Positions 1 through 9,069 of a stretch of 64,000 nucleotides of DNA are shown here, piece after piece. The notes under the pieces are model-generated. The model saw only the letters and a list, made by a program, of their open reading frames with translations. It searched no databases and was not told where the DNA came from. Location: NCBI GenBank assembly GCA_045803545.1, contig JBJMOW010000001.1, positions 49,683 through 113,682 of the forward strand. Direction: 5' to 3'. Made by a program: the position numbers and the translations under genes. Every line of letters starts with the position of its first letter. Position 1 is the first letter of the stretch. This DNA comes from Gemmatimonadaceae bacterium (lineage in GTDB: Bacteria; Gemmatimonadota; Gemmatimonadetes; Gemmatimonadales; Gemmatimonadaceae).

Positions 1-935
1 GCAGGAACCTTGAGGATCTGCGCCAGCTCGCTGACGGTGATGAACTCGTTGACACGAACTGTCTTCTTCTCGCGCTCGGCCTCTGCCTGGCGCTGAGCGG
101 CAAGCTCTTCGCGCGAGCCGTCGTCGCGTCGCGCAGGTCCGCGTCTGATCGGACCGCGCATCGAAGCCATCGTCTTACCAATGTTCGCCTGCACCGCTTC
201 CTGATCGACGCCGCGCTTGCCCTTTTTGCCGCGGCGCGCACCACGATCCTCACCGCGAGGTGCACCACCTCGATCGTCGCGACGGGTCGGAGCGCTTGGA
301 ACGCCCGGGGCCGCCGACGCAACGGGGCGCGGCGGAGTGAATGGAGCGCCGGTAGCGATGGGCCGAGGGCGCGGCGCACCGGGGACGACGGGTTGCGGGC
401 GTTGACGCTCGCGACTGTCGGTGCGTTCGCCTCCACTGCTGTGGGTTCCAGCTGAGGGCGGCGGTGCACTCGGCCGCGGCTGCGGAGGAGCGGGTCTGGG
501 CCGCTCGATCACCGCAGCCTCCGAAGACGCTGCAATCGACGGCGCCGCAGCCGGAGCAACTGGCGGGGACGACGCTGCCGCCTTCGCTTGCGGAGCGGCG
601 CTCACGGGCGGAGGTGTCGGCTCGGCAGGAGCCTCAGGCATAACGCGACGACGCCGGCGAACGGAACCTTCGGCACTCGGCGCGGGTTCCGCATTCGCTT
701 CTGGTGCCGGAGCGGCAGTCGCTGCTCCGCGACGACGACGTGCAGTCGCCGGCGGCGCGGCGACACGCGCCCGCTTCTCACGCTCCCAACGGGCGCGAAT
801 GCGGGCGACCTGATCGTCACTCAACGGGCTTAAATGGCTGCGAACGGGAACGTCCATTTGGCGAAGCAGATTTACTACTTCATCACTGGAGATTCCAAAT
901 TCGCTGGCCAGGTCATGCACTCGAAGCTTGCTCAA
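1..935 (-). CDS. infB: Translation initiation factor IF-2, N-terminal part (runs off the window)
   Basis: Manual translation from TTG at 935, which overlaps the upstream TGA and follows GGAGG: MSKLRVHDLASEFGISSDEVINLLRQM... ending ...EREKKTVRVNEFITVSELAQILKVP (IF2_N-like segments). Follows rimP-nusA-L7Ae. Not in the ORF track. Confidence 0.93.
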   Translation of the reverse strand, partial: MSKLRVHDLASEFGISSDEVVNLLRQMDVPVRSHLSPLSDDQVARIRARWEREKRARVAAPPATARRRRGAATAAPAPEANAEPAPSAEGSVRRRRRVMPEAPAEPTPPPVSAAPQAKAAASSPPVAPAAAPSIAASSEAAVIERPRPAPPQPRPSAPPPSAGTHSSGGERTDSRERQRPQPVVPGAPRPRPIATGAPFTPPRPVASAAPGVPSAPTRRDDRGGAPRGEDRGARRGKKGKRGVDQEAVQANIGKTMASMRGPIRRGPARRDDGSREELAAQRQAEAEREKKTVRVNEFITVSELAQILKVP

Positions 936-1279
936 ACAACATCCTCCTTAACGACTCTCGGCATCGGCTCCGCGCTCAACGCCCGGATTCCTTTTGCCAA
1001 ACCCTTATCGACAATCCCGACAACTGCAGTTGTTTCGCGGCCCGCTGCTTCACCAAGCTCGATTGCCGACGGACCGGCGAGAACGGTGATTCCCCGAGCC
1101 TGAAGCAGCGGAACGACTTTATTCAAACTGTTGCTAGAAGCATCGGGTGCCGCAATAGCGAGATGTAGTTTTCCCCGCTTGGCAGCGTCCCGAACTCTTT
1201 CCACTCCCACGACGACGCGCCTGCCCCGCACGCCGAGCCCAATCAGGCTAAGCATTTTGCGTTGCTGGTGCGTGTCCAT
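932..1279 (-). CDS. Ribosomal L7Ae/L30e family RNA-binding protein (YlxQ-like)
   Basis: LSLIGLGVRGRRVVVG...AIAAPDAS...ELGEAAGR...VGIVDKGLAKGI; typical position between nusA and infB. Confidence 0.85.
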   Translation of the reverse strand: MDTHQQRKMLSLIGLGVRGRRVVVGVERVRDAAKRGKLHLAIAAPDASSNSLNKVVPLLQARGITVLAGPSAIELGEAAGRETTAVVGIVDKGLAKGIRALSAEPMPRVVKEDVV

Positions 1280-1282
1280 TCC

Positions 1283-2707
1283 CTACTCCGTGCGCCCGCC
1301 CTCACTGCCGGCCTCTGCAGCCGAGGAGTCACCTTCCGATGTCATGGCGTTACTCGCCTGCTCATCGGCCGAAGTACTGGCGACTGCTTCTTCGCCAGAT
1401 TCAGGTGCTTCGTCAGTCGTCAGCTCGTTGATGATCGCCATCAAACGATCTGCCTCTTCGGGAGCGATGCCGGGGAGCCGGAGAAAATCCTCCCGCTCGA
1501 GATCGATGATGTCATCGAGAGTGCGGTAGCCTGCTTCCTCGAGAACCGCAACCGTTGCCGGCTGCATTCCGTCGATATCTCCGAGCCGGGGGTTGACGCC
1601 GGAAACAGCCTCATCGGTCGGCAGCGGTGCAAAGATCGGCTGATCGCTTCCCCGCTCCATCCATTCGCGGCTCGAGTAAAGCTCGATCTTCCACTCGGTG
1701 AGCTCCGAAGCAAGCCGCACGTTCTGGCCGTTTCTGCCGATCGCGAGCGAGAGCTGATCCTCGTCGACGATCGCCTGAATGGTCTTGGTCGCTGGGTCAC
1801 TGAAGACACGTGCGACGCGCGCCGGCGCGAGCGCCAGCTTGGCGAAGCGCTCTGGATCAGCAGACCACGGCACGATATCGATTCTCTCGCCACCGAGCTC
1901 ATTTACGACAGCCTGAACCCGCGAGCCCTTCAGACCGACGCAAGCGCCGACCGGATCAACCGAATCGTCACGTGAAAAGACGGCAATCTTGGTGCGGCTG
2001 CCGACTTCGCGCGCACTGGCGCGGATCTCGACGAGCCCCTGCTGAATCTCGGGAACCTCGAGCTTGAACAGCGCCTTTACGAACAGCGAGTCTGCTCTGC
2101 TGAGCACGAGACGCGGACCCTTTGGAGTCTCCTCGACGCGCTTGAGGACAGCGCGGATCGGATCACCCTGGTGGAAATGCTCGCGATGGTTCTGCTCGCG
2201 ATAAGGAATAATCGCTTCCGCTTCGCGAAACTTGTTGAGCATTATGACGAGCTTGCCCCGCTCGATCTGCTGAACTTCGCCAGACAGCAGGTCGCCGACG
2301 CGACTCGAAAATTCATCGCGAATCTTTGAGCGCTCGCCCTCTCGTACGCGCTGGATGATGCGTTGCTTGGCAGCCTGGACCGCGGTCCTCCCGAACTCGG
2401 CGAAGTCAACCGGGATTTCCATCTGGTCGCCGATCTGGAAGTCGGGATCTTCGTAGCGCGCTTCCTCGAGCGATATCTGGCTCGCCGAGTCGGTGACTGC
2501 CTCGACTACGGTCTTGAGAAGAACGATGCGGATCTGGCCCTTGTTCTCATCGATGTCCACTTCGGCCTGGACGGTTGGTCCATGCTTTTTGGCGAGGGCC
2601 GCGTTGATGCCGTCCTCGAGCAGACCGTGCAATTCGGCGCGGTCGATCTGCTTCGAGTTGGTCAACTCGCGGATCGCTGAAAGGATCTCTATGGAAGCTG
2701 CTGCCAT
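1283..2707 (-). CDS. nusA: Transcription termination/antitermination factor NusA
   Basis: FGRTAVQAAKQ, DPVGACVGLKGSRVQAVVNELGGERIDIV and LSLAIGRNGQNVRLASELT motifs; C-terminal HhH-like domain. Start trimmed to ATG 2707. Confidence 0.97.
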   Translation of the reverse strand: MAAASIEILSAIRELTNSKQIDRAELHGLLEDGINAALAKKHGPTVQAEVDIDENKGQIRIVLLKTVVEAVTDSASQISLEEARYEDPDFQIGDQMEIPVDFAEFGRTAVQAAKQRIIQRVREGERSKIRDEFSSRVGDLLSGEVQQIERGKLVIMLNKFREAEAIIPYREQNHREHFHQGDPIRAVLKRVEETPKGPRLVLSRADSLFVKALFKLEVPEIQQGLVEIRASAREVGSRTKIAVFSRDDSVDPVGACVGLKGSRVQAVVNELGGERIDIVPWSADPERFAKLALAPARVARVFSDPATKTIQAIVDEDQLSLAIGRNGQNVRLASELTEWKIELYSSREWMERGSDQPIFAPLPTDEAVSGVNPRLGDIDGMQPATVAVLEEAGYRTLDDIIDLEREDFLRLPGIAPEEADRLMAIINELTTDEAPESGEEAVASTSADEQASNAMTSEGDSSAAEAGSEGGRTE

Positions 2708-2717
2708 TGATTGAGCC

Positions 2718-3197
2718 CTACCTGTTCCAGTGAAACGCCAGCCGCGCCTTTTCAACCGCGGACAGCGGAAAGCGCCGCTCGTCGCCACGCTCGTTCAACA
2801 CCGTGATTGTTTCCTTACCGTCCTCACCTTCGACACCTGCTATTTCCACTTCGTCGGTTCGTCGACCCGCCGGATCACCGGGAACATTCGTCGTCACTAC
2901 CGCCTTCTGACCGCTGAACCGGCGCCAATCCCTCGCGTTGCGCAGCGGTCGCTCAATACCGGGCGACGACACTTCGAGCACGTACCGTTTGCCGCCAAAA
3001 TCTTCGGCGTCGAGCCTGGCCTCGATTGCCCGCGATGCTGCCGCGCAATGCTCGACCGTCACCTGTTGGCCATCCCCCCGCTCGACTCTGACATCGAGAA
3101 CGGGCCTGCCCTTACTACCTCCGACCTTCAGATCGAAAAGCTCAAGACCGAGTGGCTTAATTTGCTCTGCCACAATGGCTTCCAGCGTTTCGTTCAT
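2718..3197 (-). CDS. rimP: Ribosome maturation factor RimP
   Basis: YVLEVSSPGIERPL motif; first gene of the nusA operon. Confidence 0.95.
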   Translation of the reverse strand: MNETLEAIVAEQIKPLGLELFDLKVGGSKGRPVLDVRVERGDGQQVTVEHCAAASRAIEARLDAEDFGGKRYVLEVSSPGIERPLRNARDWRRFSGQKAVVTTNVPGDPAGRRTDEVEIAGVEGEDGKETITVLNERGDERRFPLSAVEKARLAFHWNR

Positions 3198-3223
3198 ACA
3201 GCTTCGAGGTTAGTTCGAGGGAC

Positions 3224-3250
3224 AAAAAAATGTGGGGGTATCCCCACATT
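3224..3250 (-). terminator. rimP leader terminator/attenuator hairpin
   Basis: Minus strand AATGTGGGG-ATAC-CCCCACATT-TTTTT, between the promoter and the rimP start. Confidence 0.8.
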
Positions 3251-3281
3251 CCGGTTGGCCGCCGAGTTGAACGCCCGATTC

Positions 3282-3310
3282 AATGTAGACGCGCGGGGAG
3301 GGGCCGTCAA
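3282..3310 (-). promoter_or_regulatory. Sigma70-type promoter for rimP-nusA-infB
   Basis: TTGACG-N17-TACATT on the minus strand. Confidence 0.75.
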
Positions 3311-3346
3311 CCTGCTCGGCGTTGAGACTCGAGCGCCTTCGACTGA

Positions 3347-3509
3347 CATCCAGAATACAAAAGCCTGGAGCTCCCAGCTTAGGGAGCTATTTAGCGCCGA
3401 GCTCGCTCTTGGGTTTCCCTCGCGACCTCGATGACGGCGCGTTCTTGGACTGAGCTCGAAGCTAAGCTGCTCCCTAAGCTGGCAGCTCCGGGCTTTTGTA
3501 TTCTAGATG
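3347..3509. repeat. Long imperfect inverted repeat (58-bp arms, 47-bp spacer), MITE/REP-doublet-like
   Basis: 3347-3404 matches the reverse complement of 3452-3509 at 50/58 positions (manual alignment). Confidence 0.85.
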
Positions 3510-3530
3510 GTCGGCTTGGGGTGGCTGACT

Positions 3531-4259
3531 TTACGCCGAGACTGCAGCGGCCATAACCGCTATCTGACGGCCGTTATCTCCCGCCCGATGCGAGAAAAAT
3601 CGATCGTTGTCGTGCCGCGTGCAGTATTCGCTGACCGTGATCTTTTGCACACCGAGCTCAGACGCGTGTTCGGCGATCAGCGAGCGCAGATCAACGTGGC
3701 CCGGACGGGTCACAGGCTGGCCGGTAAGCTGCTCACGTACATCTACGCTTACCTCGTAGCAGCGGCCGCAAATCGCGGGACCGAGGTGAATCGCCAGCTC
3801 GTCGGGTGCAAGGCCGAAACGCGCCAGCATCTGAATTGCTTCGGGGGTGATGTGGGCGGCGGTCCCCCGCCACCCGGAGTGAAGGAGTGCTACGACGCCC
3901 GATGGATGTGCGATGAATACCGGGACGCAGTCGGCGACGCCGACAGCGAGGCCCGTTCCGCGCTCGGCGGCGATGTGGCCGTCAGCTTCGCCGCCGCGGA
4001 GCCAGCCTTCCCAACCACCGGTGTGCACGATCACACGGGTGCCGTGAACCTGTCGAATGGAAACGAGCCGGCGTGCAGTCGTTGAAAGCTCTCGCTGCAC
4101 CGCGCTCCATCTGCCCATCACCTCATTGACTGGATCAGTTCCGGAGAGCCCGAATGATCCGGCATCCCGGGTCGTGGTGAAGGCGCGGATTCCCCACTGC
4201 TCGAAATCGGTGACGACTTCCTTGGGGACTTCCGCCAGCTCAGTGTCGACGGTCGTCAA
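3531..4259 (-). CDS. pgeF: PgeF/YfiH family peptidoglycan editing factor (laccase-like fold)
   Basis: QVHG, ADG, VADCVPV, HSGWRG, GPAICGRCYEV, FFSHR motifs. Probable TTG start at 4259 overlapping the murA end; start uncertain. Confidence 0.9.
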   Translation of the reverse strand: MTTVDTELAEVPKEVVTDFEQWGIRAFTTTRDAGSFGLSGTDPVNEVMGRWSAVQRELSTTARRLVSIRQVHGTRVIVHTGGWEGWLRGGEADGHIAAERGTGLAVGVADCVPVFIAHPSGVVALLHSGWRGTAAHITPEAIQMLARFGLAPDELAIHLGPAICGRCYEVSVDVREQLTGQPVTRPGHVDLRSLIAEHASELGVQKITVSEYCTRHDNDRFFSHRAGDNGRQIAVMAAAVSA

Positions 4260-5541
4260 CGCGGGTGATTGCGGCGCCGAGAGCGTTGAGGCGTTCGTCA
4301 ATGCGCTCGTAGCCACGCTCGATTTGGCCGACGTTGTTGATGAAGCTGGTGCCCTCCGCGCACAACGCGGCGAGCAACATTGCCATGCCGGCGCGAATGT
4401 CAGGCGATTCGAGAAAGGCGCCACGCAAGCGCGTCGGCCCGTACACCAGTGCACGGTGTGGATCGCAAAGCACGATACGAGCTCCCATCGTCGCGAGCTT
4501 GTCGACGAAGAACATCCGCGACTCGAACATCTTCTCGTGCATCATGATGAGCCCTTCGCACTGCGTGGCCGTCACGATCGCGATCGACATCGTATCGGCG
4601 GGGAACGCAGGCCACGGCTGATCCTCGAGCTTGGGGATGTGCCCACCCATGTCGCTCTGGATTTGACGAGACTGCTTGGCGGGAACTATGAGATCCGGTC
4701 CTTCAATCTTGCACTCAATCCCCAGTCGCTCGAATCCCATTCGTGTTGAGCGAAGGTGCTCGACGCCCGCATTCTGGATCCGTAAATCCGAGCGCGTTAC
4801 AGCCGCGAGACCGATGAATGAGCCGACCTCGATGTGGTCGGGCCCAATCGTATGCGTCACAGGCCTGCTGCCGAGTGTACGCCCGCCGTGAATGGTCATG
4901 GTGTTGGTGCCGACGCCCTCTATCTGCGCGCCGAGCGCGATCAGAAAGTGAGCGAGATCCTGGACGTGAGGCTCGCTCGCGGCATTGCGCAACACGGTGG
5001 TACCCGATGCGGCGGCGGCAGCGACCAGCGCGTTCTCGGTCGCAGTGACGCTCGGCTCGTCGAGAAACACATCAGCGCCGCGGAATCCGTTCACTCGCAT
5101 CTCGATCATCGGGCCGTGCTTGAATTCGGCCCCTAGCTGCTCGAGAGCGAGAAAGTGGGTATCGAGGCGGCGTCTTCCAATCACGTCACCACCTGGCGGC
5201 GGCAAAGTCACCTCTCCGCAACGCGCGAGAAGAGGGGCAGCGAGAAGTATCGAAGCGCGGATCTTGGCGCACAGTGTCGGGTTGAGGTCGGCAGGCCTGA
5301 GTTCCTTGGCGTGGATGTTGAGCGAGTTCTGCCCGACCCACTCCATCGACGCTCCGACCGACTTTATCAGCTCGACGAGCGTCTCGATGTCCCGGATGCG
5401 GGGGACATTTTCCAGATGAACAGGATTTTCCGAGATCAGCGCCGCAGCAACGATCGGCAGTGCCGCGTTCTTGTTGCCGGAGGGACGAATCGTGCCATTG
5501 AGGGTTCGGCCGCCCTCGACTACAAATTGTACTGCAGGCAT
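4240..5541 (-). CDS. murA: UDP-N-acetylglucosamine 1-carboxyvinyltransferase
   Basis: GNKNAALP, RASIL, PGGDVIGRR, SVTATEN, PDHIE, DIRAG, IERGYE. Confidence 0.96.
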   Translation of the reverse strand: MPAVQFVVEGGRTLNGTIRPSGNKNAALPIVAAALISENPVHLENVPRIRDIETLVELIKSVGASMEWVGQNSLNIHAKELRPADLNPTLCAKIRASILLAAPLLARCGEVTLPPPGGDVIGRRRLDTHFLALEQLGAEFKHGPMIEMRVNGFRGADVFLDEPSVTATENALVAAAAASGTTVLRNAASEPHVQDLAHFLIALGAQIEGVGTNTMTIHGGRTLGSRPVTHTIGPDHIEVGSFIGLAAVTRSDLRIQNAGVEHLRSTRMGFERLGIECKIEGPDLIVPAKQSRQIQSDMGGHIPKLEDQPWPAFPADTMSIAIVTATQCEGLIMMHEKMFESRMFFVDKLATMGARIVLCDPHRALVYGPTRLRGAFLESPDIRAGMAMLLAALCAEGTSFINNVGQIERGYERIDERLNALGAAITRVDDRRH

Positions 5542-5657
5542 TATGAAATTTCGCTGGTGGTGATTACGTGTTGCGCAAATATATCGCTCTCAGCACTCTT
5601 TGTACCGCGATGTAAAGCTATACAGTAGATGGCCTCTCCCTTGCACACCCAACACGC

Positions 5658-6266
5658 ATGATGGGATTGATACGCGGCGCTGAGTTTCTCTTGCAGACTG
5701 CCGTACGCACCTTGCCCGACACGCTGTACACGAAACAGCTTGCGACGGCGCCGAGCACCTTCGAAAAGGTGACAAGCATCGCCAGCGGTCTTCTCACAAT
5801 CACGATAATGATTCTCGCTGTCGCACTGGTTCCGGCGGCGTGGAATTTCCGTAAGAGCTACAAGAAAGTGAGCGACATGCTCGACAAGGTGTACGGCGAC
5901 ATCAATCCTCTAATGCGTCACGCCAGCGCGATCGCCGACAACGTCGACTACATCACGACTTCGGTGCGCGTTGACGTGCAGCAGGTGAGTCAGACAGTCG
6001 CTGCCGTGAATCAAAGGCTGCAACAGGCGGTGGGAGCGGCGGAGACACGCATCAACGAGCTGAACGCGCTGCTCGACGTCGTGCAGGAAGAAGCGGAATC
6101 GGCGTTTGTAGTTACTGCCTCCACTATTCGTGGAGTAAAGACAGGAATTCAGGCATTTGACGAGGAGGACTGGAGCGATGGGGACATCGACGAAAGCAGA
6201 GCCGACGGCTGGGAGAAACCGCGGCCACGCGTCAGACCCAGAGATGGAACTGGACGCGGAGCGTGA
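5658..6266 (+). CDS. DUF948 / YtxG-like membrane-anchored coiled-coil protein
   Basis: One TM segment (GLLTITIMILAVALVPAAW) followed by long amphipathic helices. Confidence 0.65.
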   Translation: MMGLIRGAEFLLQTAVRTLPDTLYTKQLATAPSTFEKVTSIASGLLTITIMILAVALVPAAWNFRKSYKKVSDMLDKVYGDINPLMRHASAIADNVDYITTSVRVDVQQVSQTVAAVNQRLQQAVGAAETRINELNALLDVVQEEAESAFVVTASTIRGVKTGIQAFDEEDWSDGDIDESRADGWEKPRPRVRPRDGTGRGA

Positions 6267-6708
6267 GCAGCAGTACGACCTGCTGACGGCGGCACTGATC
6301 GGCGCTGCGGTTGGCGCCGGCATCACACTGCTCATGAGACGCGGGCCCTCGGGTCGTCGCCCGGTCGGGCCGCTGATGCGTTACGCCGGACGCGGCGCCG
6401 CTCTGGCCGGCCTCGCCGGAATGCAGGGTGGTCGCTGGGCAGCCGAGCGCGGGCTCGACGGCGCGCGCTGGGCGGGCGAGCGGGCAATGGAAGGAGCCCG
6501 TTGGGCCGGACCTCGCGCGCAGCGGGGCTTCAAAACTGCGGTCGAACGGGGTGGCGAGCTTATCGATCGGATCCCGGTCGACGAGATGACCGATCAGGTT
6601 CGCAACTACGTCGACACAGCGCGTGAGGCAATCAACGACGCCGTCAGAGACGAGCTCAACGATCTACGCAAATCAGTTCGCCGCCAGCGTAAGCGGATCG
6701 GCATCTAG
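6244..6708 (+). CDS. YtxH-like membrane-anchored protein with 11-aa repeats
   Basis: LLTAALIGAAVGAGITLL anchor; start trimmed to ATG 6244; three GxRWAxxR 11-mers. Confidence 0.6.
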   Translation: MELDAEREQQYDLLTAALIGAAVGAGITLLMRRGPSGRRPVGPLMRYAGRGAALAGLAGMQGGRWAAERGLDGARWAGERAMEGARWAGPRAQRGFKTAVERGGELIDRIPVDEMTDQVRNYVDTAREAINDAVRDELNDLRKSVRRQRKRIGI

Positions 6709-6715
6709 GAGCAGT

Positions 6716-7657
6716 ATGTCGCGCGCTTCATCGCGCGCTTCCATTGCCAGCAGGGTCGCGTTAGCGGTCCTGCTTGCTTTGCTTTTGACACCGGGTGTGG
6801 CCCACGCCTGGACTCCCGGCACCCACATCTTCCTCGGCGAAGCAATACTTCGCTCGCTTAGCCTGGTGCCGTCGAGCATCGCCGAGTTGCTGGCAGCGTT
6901 CCCCTACGACTTCCTCTACGGATCGATCGCCGCTGATACGAGTATCGCCAAGAAATACGCGGCCGCCGGCAGACATTGTCACTCGTGGAACGTTGGGCTG
7001 GAGATCCACGACGCCGCTGACTCGGAGCCGCTCAAATCCTTTGCGTTCGGCTATCTGTCGCACCTGGCAGCCGACGCAGTCGCGCACAACTACTTCGTTC
7101 CTCACCAGCTCGCCATCACATCGTCGACCGCCGCGCTGGGGCACAGCTACTGGGAGAGCCGTTTCGACACGCACATCGGCGAGAGATTCAGCCGCACCGC
7201 CAAGCAGCTCATTCTGCGCGATCATTCGCACTCTGACGATCATCTCGATCGCATCCTGAGCCCGACGATTTTCAGTACCCCGACCAATCGCCGAATTTTT
7301 CGCGGCATGGTGTACGTTGCCGACACGGAATCGTGGCAGCGCATCTTCCATCTGGTCGAGGAGAAAAGCCGCTGGGACCTGACAGATCAGGAAGTGGGCA
7401 AATACATGGTTCGCGCGTTCGACTACATCGTCGATTTCCTTAGCCGTATGGATCGTTCCGAGCCCCACAGACTCGATCCCGCAGGAACAGTCCCGCTGCG
7501 CGAAGCGAAGAAAGTCAGGCGCGCGGCGCTGCGGCGCGGTGGCGAGGAGCACGTTCTAGAACAGGCGCAGCAGCATTTTGGCATGCCGCTTTCTCAGTTG
7601 AAATTCGCGATCTCGCTCGCGGAGCCTCTCTACCCGCCGCGCGACGACAACAACTGA
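6716..7657 (+). CDS. Secreted zinc-dependent phospholipase C / P1-nuclease-fold protein
   Basis: Signal peptide ending AHA then mature N-terminal W (WTPGTH); GYLSHLAADAVAH and HSYWE metal-ligand motifs. Start trimmed to ATG 6716. Confidence 0.8.
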   Translation: MSRASSRASIASRVALAVLLALLLTPGVAHAWTPGTHIFLGEAILRSLSLVPSSIAELLAAFPYDFLYGSIAADTSIAKKYAAAGRHCHSWNVGLEIHDAADSEPLKSFAFGYLSHLAADAVAHNYFVPHQLAITSSTAALGHSYWESRFDTHIGERFSRTAKQLILRDHSHSDDHLDRILSPTIFSTPTNRRIFRGMVYVADTESWQRIFHLVEEKSRWDLTDQEVGKYMVRAFDYIVDFLSRMDRSEPHRLDPAGTVPLREAKKVRRAALRRGGEEHVLEQAQQHFGMPLSQLKFAISLAEPLYPPRDDNN

Positions 7658-9069
7658 TTGACGCGTTTTGGATCGGCGCGTCCTTTCGATTTCTTCATTA
7701 CGAAGCCGACCAGCACGCCCTGCAGTTTCTTCTCGCCCGACAGATATCGCTTTGCCTCGTCCGGGTGCTCGTGCAGGACTTCATCTACCCATGTGGTGAG
7801 CGCACTCTCGTCGCCGATCTGCAGCAGCCCTTCCTCGGCCGCGATCTGTGCCGCCGGCTGGCCAGTGTCGAGCATCCTCGAGAAGACTCGCTTGGCGGCG
7901 GTGTGACTCACCGTCCCGTCGCGAACGAGATTGAGCAGTTGGGCAAGGTCGGCAGGTCGCAGTGAGAACAGTGCGATGTCTGTGTTTGAGGTGCGAAGCG
8001 CTGCCAGCACCTCGCCCATCACCCAGTTGTATGCAGCTTTGCCATCGCTGCTCGCGCGCACCACCCCTTCGTAGTAATCCGCAAGGCTGGGGGTCGCCGT
8101 AAGCTGCTCCGCTTCCGCGACTGAGATCGCATATTCCTCGACGAGCCGTTTCTTGCGCGCATCGGGGAGCTCCGGAAGCTTATGCCTCGCGTCCCCGACC
8201 CAACCTTGATCCAGTAGCAGCGGTCGCAGATCTGGCTCCGGGAAGTACCGATAGTCGTGACTTCCCTCTTTTGTGCGACTCGGTCTTACCGTCTCACGAG
8301 CTGCATCCCACAGCAACGTTTGCTGCTCGACTTTGCCGCCGGAATCCAGCAGCGAGCATTGACGCTCGTACTCCGCGTCCAGGGCGCGCTCGACGGCAGA
8401 GAACGAGTTCATGTTCTTGACTTCAGTCTTTGTACCGAGATTCGTCTGACCAAATGGCCGCACGCTTATGTTGGCGTCGACGCGCAGACTTCCCTCCTCC
8501 ATACTGACGTCGCTGACATCGAGATACTGAAGGATCTGCTTGAGCGTCCGCAGATATGCACCCGCGTCGGTGGCGCTCCGCAGGTCGGGCTCGCTGACGA
8601 TCTCGATGAGGGGTACTCCCGCTCGATTCAAATCGATCGCGGTCGCACCGGGAAAGCGATCGTGAATCGACTTGCCGGCGTCTTCCTCCATGTGAAGGCG
8701 GGTGATGCCGATCTGAACGTCCTTATCGTCTTTGGTTTTTCCGATGACGATGTGGCCACCAGTCGCCAACGGCTGATCGAATTGCGAGATCTGATAGCCT
8801 TTCGGCAGATCGGGATAGAAATAATTCTTGCGAGCAAAGACCGAGATCGGATTCACGCCGCAACCGAGTCCCAGCGCTGCGCGTACCGCGAGCTCCACCG
8901 CTTTCTCGTTGAGAACTGGAAGAGCGCCGGGCAGCGCGAGGCATACAGGACATGTATTGACGTTCGGCGGCGCGCCGAAATCGGTCGAGCAGCCGCAGAA
9001 CGCTTTGGTGCGCGTCTTGAGCTGGACGTGGACTTCCAGTCCGACGACCATCTCGTACCGCTCGTTCAT
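7630..9069 (-). CDS. gatB: Asp/Glu-tRNA amidotransferase subunit B
   Basis: VGLEVHVQL, RKNYFYPDLPKGYQISQ, LHMEEDAGK, YRYFPEPDL. Confidence 0.98.
   Translation of the reverse strand: MNERYEMVVGLEVHVQLKTRTKAFCGCSTDFGAPPNVNTCPVCLALPGALPVLNEKAVELAVRAALGLGCGVNPISVFARKNYFYPDLPKGYQISQFDQPLATGGHIVIGKTKDDKDVQIGITRLHMEEDAGKSIHDRFPGATAIDLNRAGVPLIEIVSEPDLRSATDAGAYLRTLKQILQYLDVSDVSMEEGSLRVDANISVRPFGQTNLGTKTEVKNMNSFSAVERALDAEYERQCSLLDSGGKVEQQTLLWDAARETVRPSRTKEGSHDYRYFPEPDLRPLLLDQGWVGDARHKLPELPDARKKRLVEEYAISVAEAEQLTATPSLADYYEGVVRASSDGKAAYNWVMGEVLAALRTSNTDIALFSLRPADLAQLLNLVRDGTVSHTAAKRVFSRMLDTGQPAAQIAAEEGLLQIGDESALTTWVDEVLHEHPDEAKRYLSGEKKLQGVLVGFVMKKSKGRADPKRVNQLLSSRGG

Noticed and set aside
217..1168. Several plus- and minus-strand ORFs over the infB region
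   Set aside because: Shadow ORFs of the GC-rich IF-2 N-terminus; the real frame runs off the window.
2708..2788. N-terminal extensions given by the ORF track (nusA here; likewise pgeF, coaX, uppP, miaA, mutL, groES and others)
   Set aside because: They overlap neighbouring genes and precede the conserved N-termini; starts were trimmed.
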